IMG/VR virus record: IMGVR_UViG_3300022858_000986
Length of the DNA: 64,000 nucleotides
Strand: one strand, 5' to 3'
Source of the DNA: an uncultured virus (IMG/VR IMGVR_UViG_3300022858_000986)
Lineage: Duplodnaviria; Heunggongvirae; Uroviricota; Caudoviricetes
In this document: positions 31,151 to 41,907 of the stretch, one piece after another
Numbering within the stretch: position 1 is the first letter of the stretch
How the letters are laid out: every line of letters starts with the position of its first letter
Made by a program: the position numbers and the translations under genes
The notes under the pieces: generated by a model
What the model was told of the DNA's origin: nothing
What the model saw: the letters and a program-made list of their open reading frames with translations, nothing else
Databases searched by the model: none

Positions 31151-32650
31151 ATGAACAAATTAATGTCAGCAATTCAAACAAATGATAGTAGAACGGCAAA
31201 CGATATGGTAACCAATTCGACTACAGATAGCGGGCTAATCGACCTATTTTTTACAGTTGCGGCTATGAGAAACAGACCTGATTCGGAAGTTATTACTCAA
31301 TTCTCACACGCCTTTGATGAAGACAATGAACTTGCAGTAAGGATGTTATTTTGGGCAAGAGATATTCGTGGCGGACAAGGTGAAAGAAAAGTATTTAGAA
31401 TAATTGCAAAGTGGCTTGCAAAAAATCACCAAGATGTAATTGAAAAAGTATTACATTTTATTCCCGAATATGGCAGATGGGATGATTTATTTGTATTAAT
31501 AGGTATTAGCAAATCATTGGACAGTTTAATTGCCAAAATAGCACAAAAAGGACTTACAGATAAAAATGTAAAAATGTTATGTGCGAAATGGCTTCCAAGA
31601 GAAAAATCTGCTAAGAAAAAAACTGCTATAACATTGGCCAAACTTTTCGGAGTAAGTAGAAAAGATTATAGAAAACTTTGTTCGGGTAACTCCCTTACAA
31701 TTGAAACACTTATGTCTTCGGGAAAATGGAAAGATATTAAGTTCGCAGAGATTCCATCTATAGCAATTAAAAAGTATAGGAAATCTCTTAGTCTTCACTT
31801 ACCAGACGAATTCGTAAAATTCTTGGAAAATGTTAAAAAGGGAACTGAAAAAGTTAATGCATCAACTTTATATCCATATGATATTATCAGACCTGCATTT
31901 AATAGTTCAATGTGGGGCGGCGAAGGCCGTAGTAAAGTGTTCGATATGGGTAAGCTGTCGCAAACAGATAGAGACTTACTTGACGCTCAATGGAACGCAC
32001 TTCCAGATTACTTTAAGGGTAATGATATAAATATTCTTCCTGTTATTGATACTTCTGGTTCTATGTTTTCGACATATGATGGCAACGTTGCGCCACTTGT
32101 TATCTCGGTAGCTTTAGGTCTTTACCTTGGCGAAAGAAACAATGGCAAGTTTAAGAATTACTTCATGACATTCACAAACGAACCAAGTGTTGTAAAAATG
32201 ACTGGTTCTACAATTGAAGATAAACTTAATAGCATGGCAAGGGCAAAAGTCGGATATGGCACAGACCTTGAGGCAATGTTCATAAGTTTGTTAAATGCCG
32301 GTATAAAAAATAAGCTTTCAGAAGAAGACATGCCTAAGGCATTGTTAATCGTATCTGATATGGAATTCAATCAATGTGTTGAAGCACCTTCAGATAATGC
32401 TTTTGCAATGATTGAAAGAATGTATAAGGAAGCTGAGTACGAAGTACCTACAATAGTTTTCTGGAGAGTTAATGTTCTTGGTTCAAATAGCAACTACCCA
32501 GTTAAATTTGAAAAAAACAATGTTTGCTTGATTTCTGGAGCAAGTCCTTCTAACTTGAAATATATCTTCTCGGCTGGGCAAATGAACCCAAGAGCAATTA
32601 TGATGAACGTACTTGATGATGTAAGGTACTCAGTAATTACATTGAAATAA
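31151..32650 (+). CDS. DUF2828-type TROVE/Ro-like protein with vWA domain
   Basis: ARDIRGGQGER, EYGRWDDL, AKWLPRE, LYPYDII, DTSGSM (MIDAS), SDMEF, VFW.V, ISG.SP. Confidence 0.85.
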   Translation: MNKLMSAIQTNDSRTANDMVTNSTTDSGLIDLFFTVAAMRNRPDSEVITQFSHAFDEDNELAVRMLFWARDIRGGQGERKVFRIIAKWLAKNHQDVIEKVLHFIPEYGRWDDLFVLIGISKSLDSLIAKIAQKGLTDKNVKMLCAKWLPREKSAKKKTAITLAKLFGVSRKDYRKLCSGNSLTIETLMSSGKWKDIKFAEIPSIAIKKYRKSLSLHLPDEFVKFLENVKKGTEKVNASTLYPYDIIRPAFNSSMWGGEGRSKVFDMGKLSQTDRDLLDAQWNALPDYFKGNDINILPVIDTSGSMFSTYDGNVAPLVISVALGLYLGERNNGKFKNYFMTFTNEPSVVKMTGSTIEDKLNSMARAKVGYGTDLEAMFISLLNAGIKNKLSEEDMPKALLIVSDMEFNQCVEAPSDNAFAMIERMYKEAEYEVPTIVFWRVNVLGSNSNYPVKFEKNNVCLISGASPSNLKYIFSAGQMNPRAIMMNVLDDVRYSVITLK

Positions 32651-32658
32651 ATAATCTT

Positions 32659-32686
32659 GCGGACTTTAATTAGTCCGCTTTTTTTT
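32659..32686 (+). terminator. intrinsic terminator
   Basis: GCGGACT-TTAATT-AGTCCGC + T8. Confidence 0.85.
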
Positions 32687-33143
32687 GCGTTAAGAGGTTT
32701 TAGATTTATATATATAGAAAACGAGGGAATGGTTATGAGCAAAAAAATAAATATAATTGGAAAACATTAAAAAATGAGAATTAGAGGATTTGAAAACACA
32801 AATAGATTTTACAAAAGCGATGGATGAGATAGATATAAAATCGCAGAATTAATAACTCACAAATCAGACTTCGCAAACGTATTAAGAAAGATAGAGGAAA
32901 AATATGATGTCAATGTTAGCACTGATGATTTAGTATCAACAATGATGTTTCGTCAAACATATTACATTGTATTTGATAGACACGTAATATTTGATGGTGA
33001 GAAAATTAAGGAACACGAATATATTCCTTTTTCTGGTAATGAAGAAGATAAAGAATTTAGTAGTAGAAATGAATGTGAATAAAATAATTGATTGATGGAT
33101 TCCGATTTAATGAAATTGACTAACCAAAATAAAGGAGAAAAAG

Positions 33144-33392
33144 ATGGAATTTTTTACAGAGTTTACAAGTAGTAATGTTGAGAAAGTGGCATATAATGCT
33201 GATACAAAAAATATGTATGTACAATTTTTAAGAAAAAAAGATGATGGTAGACTTAAAACTGAATATGTATATAAAGACGTTGAGGAAGAAGAGTTCAAAC
33301 TAATTAAAGAGTCAGCATCAATTGGGTCAACATTAAGAAAGGTTGTCAAAGGCAAATTCTTTGATAAAACAGAAGTCCCAGAAATATTTTAG
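33144..33392 (+). CDS. KTSC-domain protein
   Basis: SSNV..VAY......VQF...Y.Y.DV....F......S.G. Confidence 0.8.
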   Translation: MEFFTEFTSSNVEKVAYNADTKNMYVQFLRKKDDGRLKTEYVYKDVEEEEFKLIKESASIGSTLRKVVKGKFFDKTEVPEIF

Positions 33393-33423
33393 CTCAAAGA
33401 ATATCCCCTTATATTCTTGGGCA

Positions 33424-33466
33424 GTCCCAACAAACTAATCCCTCCAGATTTGTTGGGGCGTTTTTT
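33424..33466 (+). terminator. intrinsic terminator
   Basis: GTCCCAACAAA...TTTGTTGGGGC + T run. Confidence 0.65.
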
Positions 33467-33532
33467 ATTTAATGTATTGACAAAGATACGCTGGTGTATA
33501 TTATTAGTATAAAATTAAAAAGGAAGTTATAA

Positions 33533-36500
33533 TTGGAAAAGTTATTAAATTTACATGCTCATAGTTGCCACTCTATATTTGATGGTATTGCAAAACCTTA
33601 TGAGTATGCAAGATACATATCTGAAAACCCAGATAAGTTTTATCAAGCGTTATCTATATCAGATCACGGAACATTAAATGGTATGGTCGAAACATTTTGG
33701 GCGGCAAAGAAATACAAGCTTAAATACATACCATCATGCGAGATATACATGGCACCAACACCGGAAGACATTAGTGGTGTTAGATATCATTTAGTTTTAT
33801 TCGGCGTCAACGAAAAGGGAATGAACCAACTCGTTCAAATTAACAATATGGCAATCAAACGTGGGCAGATATTTAAAAGTAGAATTGGAAGGCAATATAC
33901 AATTATTACACCAGATATAATGAAAGAAGTTATCGGTAGAGAAAAGGGATTTCTAAAATGTTCTGGGGCATGTATTGGTGGATATTTTAATAGTGAAATT
34001 CTACATGACAGAATGGATGTTGCCGAAGAAAGGGTTGAACAATTAATCGATATATTCGGCGAAAGAAATGTATATGGTGAGTACCAAACATTTTATGATG
34101 AAGACGAAATGCAAAAAAAAGTTAATATGGGCGTAAAGAAACTATCGGAAAAATACAACTTACAAACAATTATTACTTCAGACGCACATGCATTAAAAAA
34201 AGAAGACCTACAATACAGCATGGTTGTAAGGGCTATGTCAATGAAAATGACTTTGAATGATTATATGGCAAAATTTAGTAGCGATGTTGTAAATTCAATT
34301 TATTACAAATCTGCCGAAGATTTTACGAATGATTTGGCAAAACATGATTTTGGCATTACTCAAGAAGATTTGAAAAATAGTTTAGAAACAACTGGCAAAA
34401 TATTCAAGTTAATACAATCATTTGACTTACATAAAGGGCAAAGTTTTGTATTTGAAGATGGCGACAAAAAGAAAAATAATAAAATGTTTCTTCAGTATTT
34501 AAGTGAAGGCTGGAAAGAAAAGATTAAAAATAAAATAGATACCAAAAACCACCCAAAATATAAAGCGAGATTGAAGCATGAAATTGACATACTGATGCAA
34601 AAGGGGTTTGTTGATTACTTTTTGGCCGTACGTAAAATTGTATTGGTGGCAGAAGAGAAAGGTATTATCAGAGGTGTTGGAAGAGGTAGTGCGGCAGGTT
34701 CGCTCGTTTCATATTTATTAGACATTACAAACGTTGACCCTATTAAACATAATTTATTATTTGATAGATTTATTAATGTAAAAAGAATGGATTTTCCAGA
34801 TATTGACGTAGATATTTCTAATAGAAAAGCAGTTGTAAAAATTATTCAAGAATTGTATCCAAATAAAGATGTAGTTGTTGTATCAAATAAAGGTAAATTA
34901 TTATTAAAGAATACATTGCAATATTTATGTAAAGTATTGGATGTTAAATATCCTAAAACATATTATGTTGATAATGGATTACATTTTTCAAAATTAATTG
35001 TTGCACATGAAATTGGGAATGGTCAGATTGATAAATTTATGGAGTTAAAGGATGCTATAAAATTATCAAGATGGATACTTGCGGAACATAAACTTGATTT
35101 GGCCGAAATGTTAAAGATACTCGTTGGCAATATATCGACCACAGGCGTACATGCTGGCGGCGTATGTATCTTAGAACATAACCAGGGAGTTGTACCTTAT
35201 ACGCCAATTGCAAATGCTGATTACCCATATGGCTCTGGATTATCGGAATCAGGTAGTAGTCTTGAGCTTGAATATGTTGGAGAAATTAAATTTGACTTTT
35301 TGGGTATTAAAACATTAAGAATATTTAAAGATATGGTTGGTAATCTTGCAAAGTGGGATAAAGAAAAAATGAAAGAACTTAATCATAATTTAATACGATT
35401 TAATAAAATTGATATTAACGACCCACTTGTGTACAAGTTTCTTAACCAAGCAGTTACAGAAGGCATATTTCAATTTGGTTCGTCGGGAATGCGCCGAATG
35501 TTAAAGATATTAAAGCCCAAAAACATGGAAGACTTGTCGGCGTTAAATGCCTTGTATAGGCCAGGTCCATTGGGTGCTGGTATGCATAAAGAAATAGCAA
35601 AAGCAAAAAAGAATAAAAGTTATGGCAAATCATTATGGGATAAGAAGATACTTAATTTAGTTGAAGATATAATTACGGTCACAGACTATCAAATATTATA
35701 TGAGGAACAAACAATGCTTATAGGCAAAGTGATTGCTGATTATTCCGACGAAGACTTAAATGACTTTAGAAAGTTTTTGAAAAAACCCAAAAGAGATGCG
35801 ACTTTTTTTGCAAATCAAAAAAGATTTTATGATGCATTTATGACAAATGGAAAACTTAAAGACATAAGCGAAAAAGCATTACAGACCTTGTGGGATAAGT
35901 TGGTTAAGTTTTCAAAATATTCGTTTAATAAATGTTTGGGCGGAGATACGCTTATTCAAACTCAAAACGGAGCAAAAGAAATAAAATATATAAAATCAGG
36001 CGATAAAGTTTTGTCTTATGATATTGATAATGATGATATTATTGAGGCCGAAGTTAAAGAATTACATAGAAATGGAAGGAAAAAATTATATAGTATTGAG
36101 GCCGATACTGGTGAAATAATAAAATGTACCTTAGACCATAAATTTTTAACCGTTGATGGAGAAATGCATTCACTTAAAGAAATATTAGATAATGATTTAG
36201 AATTAAAAAGTTTAGAAAAAGATAATATGAAGTTCTTAAAAGAAACATTAAAAGAGATTGGTTATAGACAGACATATGATTTGGAAATAAATCACAAAGA
36301 CCACAATTTTTTAATTGGAAATGATTTAATTGTAACCAGCAATAGTCATTCCATGAGTTATGCGTATAATTCATTTTTATGTGCTTATTTTGCGACATAT
36401 CATCCGTTGGACTGGTATGCAACATTATTGAAACATGAAAACCCAATCGAATTCATTCCAGTAATTAAAGAGCATATACAGAAAAGAAGTTTAGATATTA

Positions 36501-37282
36501 AAGTTATGCCTCCAAGACTTAACGTATCAAGGACTTATCCAATACCAGACCATAAAAATAATGCAATTATTTTGGGGACATCATTGATTAAGGGTGTTGG
36601 GCCAAAAGCTGGCACTGAGCTTAGTAGAGTAAATAAAGTTGGTAAAGATTATTTCACATTAGAAGAATTCTTAACAAGCCCTGATATTGACCACAGAAGG
36701 ATTAATAAAGGAGTAGTTGAAAAGTTAATTCTAATAGGTTACTTCGATGGTTTTGGCGTAGATAGACTTGAGTTATTGTTGAAGCTTGAGAAGACAAAAA
36801 TTACAAAGAAAAAACTTTTAGAATGGAAAGAAAGTGAAGAAGAAAATGATAAAGCATTTCTTGACAATAAATATGGTGGTATCAGAAATAAAGAAATGTT
36901 CTTATATAAGAGAGAATTATTAAACTTAGGCACAGCAGTTATGGAGCATCCAATTAAAGATGAACTTCCTAAAATAATTGAATTGTTAAAGAGTGAAATC
37001 CCTATAAATAAAAGAGATAGTGCAATACCAGTCGTTGTTAATAACATTGAACAAGTACGTGTAAAAGAAACAAAGAATGGTAAAAAATTCTTAGCAACAT
37101 CATTTAGAGATATTGACGGTAATTTATATTGGATGAATATTTGGGATAATCAAATTGAAGAACTTAAAGAAGACCATGATTTTGATTTAGAGAACCCAAA
37201 AGATTATAATAGAACGTGTGTTATGTTAATTGCAGATAGTAATGGTTGGAAAAATTTATTGAATTTTATAGCAATAGAATAA
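33533..37282 (+). CDS. dnaE: DNA polymerase III alpha subunit with intein
   Basis: PHP LHAHS..S..DG, SDHG; GRGSAAGSLV; PDIDVD; HAGG; KFDFLG; LYRPGP; FNK/SH; TTG start behind a TTGACA-N16-TATTAT promoter. Confidence 0.95.
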   Translation: MEKLLNLHAHSCHSIFDGIAKPYEYARYISENPDKFYQALSISDHGTLNGMVETFWAAKKYKLKYIPSCEIYMAPTPEDISGVRYHLVLFGVNEKGMNQLVQINNMAIKRGQIFKSRIGRQYTIITPDIMKEVIGREKGFLKCSGACIGGYFNSEILHDRMDVAEERVEQLIDIFGERNVYGEYQTFYDEDEMQKKVNMGVKKLSEKYNLQTIITSDAHALKKEDLQYSMVVRAMSMKMTLNDYMAKFSSDVVNSIYYKSAEDFTNDLAKHDFGITQEDLKNSLETTGKIFKLIQSFDLHKGQSFVFEDGDKKKNNKMFLQYLSEGWKEKIKNKIDTKNHPKYKARLKHEIDILMQKGFVDYFLAVRKIVLVAEEKGIIRGVGRGSAAGSLVSYLLDITNVDPIKHNLLFDRFINVKRMDFPDIDVDISNRKAVVKIIQELYPNKDVVVVSNKGKLLLKNTLQYLCKVLDVKYPKTYYVDNGLHFSKLIVAHEIGNGQIDKFMELKDAIKLSRWILAEHKLDLAEMLKILVGNISTTGVHAGGVCILEHNQGVVPYTPIANADYPYGSGLSESGSSLELEYVGEIKFDFLGIKTLRIFKDMVGNLAKWDKEKMKELNHNLIRFNKIDINDPLVYKFLNQAVTEGIFQFGSSGMRRMLKILKPKNMEDLSALNALYRPGPLGAGMHKEIAKAKKNKSYGKSLWDKKILNLVEDIITVTDYQILYEEQTMLIGKVIADYSDEDLNDFRKFLKKPKRDATFFANQKRFYDAFMTNGKLKDISEKALQTLWDKLVKFSKYSFNKCLGGDTLIQTQNGAKEIKYIKSGDKVLSYDIDNDDIIEAEVKELHRNGRKKLYSIEADTGEIIKCTLDHKFLTVDGEMHSLKEILDNDLELKSLEKDNMKFLKETLKEIGYRQTYDLEINHKDHNFLIGNDLIVTSNSHSMSYAYNSFLCAYFATYHPLDWYATLLKHENPIEFIPVIKEHIQKRSLDIKVMPPRLNVSRTYPIPDHKNNAIILGTSLIKGVGPKAGTELSRVNKVGKDYFTLEEFLTSPDIDHRRINKGVVEKLILIGYFDGFGVDRLELLLKLEKTKITKKKLLEWKESEEENDKAFLDNKYGGIRNKEMFLYKRELLNLGTAVMEHPIKDELPKIIELLKSEIPINKRDSAIPVVVNNIEQVRVKETKNGKKFLATSFRDIDGNLYWMNIWDNQIEELKEDHDFDLENPKDYNRTCVMLIADSNGWKNLLNFIAIE
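35933..36343 (+). mobile_element. mini-intein (137 aa, no endonuclease)
   Basis: FNK|CLGGDT...TLDHKF...TYDLE...HNF...TSN|SHS. Confidence 0.9.
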
Positions 37283-38336
37283 AGAAAAATAAAATAGGAG
37301 ACAAGATGAAACTTATTGAAGAGACAAAACTTGAACAATTTGAAGGTGTAAGATATAGAATGAACGAAGAGGGATTTCATTATTGTTTTGTACATTATAG
37401 CGATTTTAAGGAAATAAATGATGAAAAATTTCACAAATTAAGAAAAGAATATATAGAAGTTGCAAAAAAGTTAAAAGAATATATAGATGTAATTATACAA
37501 GATGAATTAATATAAAGAATTATAACATTTTGCGACAATAGAATAGGCCATTTTGTCAATATATGTATTGACAAATAGAAGGTTATGTGAAAATAAATAA
37601 TAATAAAAATATTTTAAGGAGAATATTATGAAATTTGTAATTTGGCGTACAAGCGGTATTTATGTTGACAACATAAAAAATAAACCTTGCGGTGAAGCAA
37701 AATTATCTTTGGTTGAAAGTTGGAATACAAGAACGTGTGACGAAAAAACTTTTAATGAGAATTTTTCAGAACGAGAAGGCTTATGGAGGAGTAAAGGCAG
37801 AAATCATTCGATTGATAAAAATGGATATATAACTAGGCAAATGGAAGATTATGAAGAATGGACCGTTGAGTTTGCTACTTTGGAAGAACTAATTGCTTTT
37901 TCAAATAAATATGGCGAATTGGTAGTTCAAGCTTCGTGGTATGATAGTAAATATGGGAGTATTGAGATTTATGACGATTACAGAGAATAAGCGCATACAT
38001 ATATATAAGACTACAAGCAGGAGAAGGTTATGAAAATAATAGTTGAAGAAAAACTTAAACCCAAAATATTGGCCGCACTTTATAACAATTCAAAACCGCT
38101 TGGTATGGGCATAATGCATTTCGACCCAACATTAATGGTAGAAAAGGAAGCAGAAAGAATATTAAAATCACAAACTTATTTTGATTATCTCAAAGGACGT
38201 GTGATGAAATTAGATTTTGCTACAAATCAAATAGACACTTGCTTGTATGACCGTGATAATGGCGATGGCTCATGTGAACGAATTATAAACGGAATAATTA
38301 ACAAAACATATACAATATATGGTGAAAAGGTTAGCA

Positions 38337-38906
38337 ATGGTAAGTAAAAAAAAGTATAATGTAATTTACGCCGACCCACCTTGAAGATTTGGGTCAAAAG
38401 CATATCAAGATTCAAATAGAAAAATGTTAGTATTGGATGAAACTCAATACAATACGTTAAGTATAGATGATTTGAAAATGCTTAACATCAAAAATATAGC
38501 CAATAAGGATTGCATTTGTTTTATGTGAGTCACTGATTCCCATTTAAAAGAAGGTATTGAAGTTTTGGAAAGTTGGGGCTTCAAATATAAAACAATAGGG
38601 TTTAATTGAATAAAAAAATATAAATCTGGTTCTTTTTGCGTAAATTTTGCACCATGGACATTAAAATCTTGGGAAGTTTGTTTGATTGGTACAAAGGGAA
38701 CTATGGGAAAATATAAGGTTGTAAACAATATTCAAGGATTGGTAATTGAAGAAAGAACCAAACATAGTAAAAAGCCAATAGAAGTAAAAAAAAGAATTGA
38801 ACAATTGTTTGGCAATATTCCAAAAATAGAATTATTTGCAAGAGAAAAGTCTTATGGTTGGGATGTTTGGGGAAACGAAGTAGAAAGCGACATTATAATA
38901 AAATAA
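38337..38906 (+). CDS. MT-A70 family adenine methyltransferase (3 TGA=Trp)
   Basis: IYADPP*, FM*VT, WGFKYKT.GFN*IK, HSKKP, IELFAR, GWDVWGNE. Confidence 0.9.
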
Positions 38907-39046
38907 GAAGAATATTATGAAGAATACAGCAAAAGAAATTTTAATAACAATAATAACAACAACGCTCGTTATGAGTGCTAAATTACTTTCAGAGCATATA
39001 GCCAAAAGTTTACGCACACCAAAATAAAAATATTAAGGAAAGAGTA

Positions 39047-39598
39047 ATGACAAAAGAAATGAAGACACACTTTGATGATAGAACCAAAATGCATATTAAG
39101 CTTGTACAAAAGTATATGGGTAAAATTATCAATATAGACAAACAATTTCAAGCATTAAAGAAAAGAATGTCGAAACATGATGCGTCAAAATTTAGAGGAA
39201 CAGAATATATACCGTATGTGTCTATTACTTGAATGTATAAATGTCAACGTGACGGAGTTGAATGGGAAATTCCAGATGAAATGAAAGACAAAGCAACAAA
39301 GGCAACTATACATCATATGCTATCAAACAAACACCACCCAGAATATTGGGATGAAAACTTTGATGCAGATGAAATGTTTAACGCAAAAAATAGAGACGGA
39401 GTGCCAAGAAAAATGGTTGATGGCACAGAAATGGAGCCGCTATCAATTGCAGAAATGATAGCCGATTGGTGCGCTGTATCGGAAGAGCGTGGAACAAATC
39501 CTAATGATTGGTTAAATGCGAATGTAAATAAACGTTGGAAGTTTACTGATTTGCAAGTTAAATTTATGAAAACTTTATTAAAGAAGATATGGGAGTAA
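39047..39598 (+). CDS. DUF5662-like HD protein (1 TGA=Trp)
   Basis: HDASK...HH...NKHHPEYW...EMIADW; two abutting track ORFs in one frame. Confidence 0.75.
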
Positions 39599-39600
39599 AA

Positions 39601-40017
39601 ATGGGAACAATATTAAAAGACCAATTTATTTTTAAGTTAGATAGCCCATCCATACATGGGGAAGTTTTTCCTGAGGGTGCGATAGAAAAAGTTATAGAAG
39701 AATATAATGAAAATTTTGTCAAACAAGGAAAGGCTTATGGCGAACTTTGGCATCCAGATAGTATTCTCGATTTAGGTGCTGTTATTAATTTATCAAACGC
39801 TTCACATTTAATAACAAAACTTAAAGTAGAAGATAATAATTTACTTTGTGATGTAAAAGTTTTAGAAACTCCAAAGGGTAAAGAGTTGGAAAAGCTTTTG
39901 CCATATTGCGAAATTAAACCAAGAGCTATTGGATTGATTGGGATGGGCGAAGATGGGAATAATATAGTAGAAAATTATGAAATTATCAGTTTTGATATAG
40001 CAACGAAGAAGGAGTAA
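39601..40017 (+). CDS. prohead protease-like protein (T4 gp21 family)
   Basis: AYGELWHP, INLSNASHLIT, VLETPKGK. Confidence 0.7.
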   Translation: MGTILKDQFIFKLDSPSIHGEVFPEGAIEKVIEEYNENFVKQGKAYGELWHPDSILDLGAVINLSNASHLITKLKVEDNNLLCDVKVLETPKGKELEKLLPYCEIKPRAIGLIGMGEDGNNIVENYEIISFDIATKKE

Positions 40018-40201
40018 AATAAAATGAATGAACAATTATCAAGATTAATTCGCAAATATGTTAAAGCGGTTGCGTATAAAGATTTACGACCAAATGGAAC
40101 CGTAGATAAACCAGAGTATGTTATAAAGCAAAAACTTAAAGGAATGAATAAAACTGAAAGAAGTGAATTCATTGCAGACATGAAGGAAAGAGTAGCTTAT
40201 T

Positions 40202-41056
40202 ATGAATAGTGTTTCGTATTCACAATTTAAGAAATATTTAGGTTGTCCGAGAGCGTGAGCGAATAAATACATACGTGATATAAAACTATTTACCGATAGC
40301 ATTTATACGATATTCGGCTCTGCAATGCATACAACGGTTCAAGAGTGGGTTAGGGTTATTTACAATGAGTCCGCAAAAAAAGCAAATGAGTTAGATTTGA
40401 ATAAAATGCTTAAAGAAAATCTAAAACTTGAATATTCTACGGCAAAGAAAGATAACAACAATATTGACTTTTTAGATGCCAAAGAATTGTTTTCATTCTA
40501 TGAAGATGGTGTTGCGATATTAGATTATTTAAAGAAAAAACGTTCTAAATATTTTCAAAAAAAACATATCAAATTAATGGGTATTGAAGTTGAACTCGAT
40601 ACGCCTGTAAATGATAATATTAGATTCCATGGATTTATCGATATAGTTTTGAAAGACACGTTAAGAGATAAGATACTTGTTATTGACTTAAAAACTTCAA
40701 CTCATAGTTGGGGCAAATTCAAAAAGAAAGACGATTTGGTACGTATGCAATTATTATTTTACAAACATTATTATGCAGAGCAATTTAAGGTTGATGTAAA
40801 TGATGTTGAAATATTATTTTTAATACTTAAGCGTAAGTTGTATGAGAAGAGTGATTTCCCGCAACCGAGAACGCAAACTTTTATACCGCCGAATAGCACA
40901 CGAACAATAAATAAATATTTGAAAACATTGGATGAATTTATTAATGAGTGTTTTGATGAAAAAGGCGACTATATAGATAAAGATTATGAGGCATCAGGAA
41001 ATGCAAACGCATGCAAATGGTGTGAATATAAAAATACAGAGCATTGCCCAAAATAG
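40202..41056 (+). CDS. PD-(D/E)XK nuclease, RecB/Cas4-like (1 TGA=Trp)
   Basis: SYSQF..Y..CPRA*, G.AMH, GFIDIV, IDLKTS, QL.FY, CKWCEY...C. Confidence 0.85.
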
Positions 41057-41907
41057 AAGTAGGTTATGAAAAATAAAAGAAATTTTAATTGACGCTATAG
41101 GAGCGGTTGTATGACTCCAATGGGTGGTGAAAAAATTGGCTTAACTTCATATACTGGAGACGGACATAATGACGATTGGCGTTGGGTTGGAGATAAATTA
41201 AGAGAGATGTCTATAAGTGAATTATATAAAAAGCATCACTATAAATATTTATAGGAAAAAATAGGAGGGGAATAATGAAAATAAAAAGATTTATTGTTGG
41301 GCGTTTTCGTTACAAATATGAATATGTTAGTCCATTTGGAGAGGCATGAATTATTTATCGACTATGGTTTGGATTTATTCCAATAAAATATATTGAAAAA
41401 GGAAATTTTGATATGTGTGATACAACAGAAATAGAAGAGTATGTAAGCGAACTTAACTTTACATATCAATAATACTTTAAATAAGGAGGAAATAATGGCA
41501 AAGAAAGAAACACAAAAAGTAAAAGCAGAAAAACTTGATAAGTTAAGAGAGATTTTTGGCGAAGCATATTTCATTCAGCTCGACGACAGCAAATTTGAAG
41601 AATTTAATGAATTTGTTTATACAACATTAATGAGTGGAGTCGATATTTCAAACGCAAGCGAACATGATGAAGAAGTTGCTCTTGTATTTTCTGGTGAAGA
41701 TATTCGTGATGTGCTAAAAATATTAGCCTTGGAGGAATAATGAATTTGTCTTACTTCAAAAAGTATCCAAATAAAGGTTATCTATTGGAAGTTATTGTAG
41801 AATTTCCTGATGGCGACGATGGGCAAGTTAATGTGATAGACGCCATACCGCACTCATTGAACTATAAGCCAACTGGCAAAATAATATACGAAAAGGAAGA
41901 GTAAAAA

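Noticed and set aside
40202..41056. Cas4 of a CRISPR system; also its YTIFG as a tag copy
   Set aside because: No cas1/cas2 or array; YTIFG is N-terminal and part of the family G..MH helix, so it was not counted
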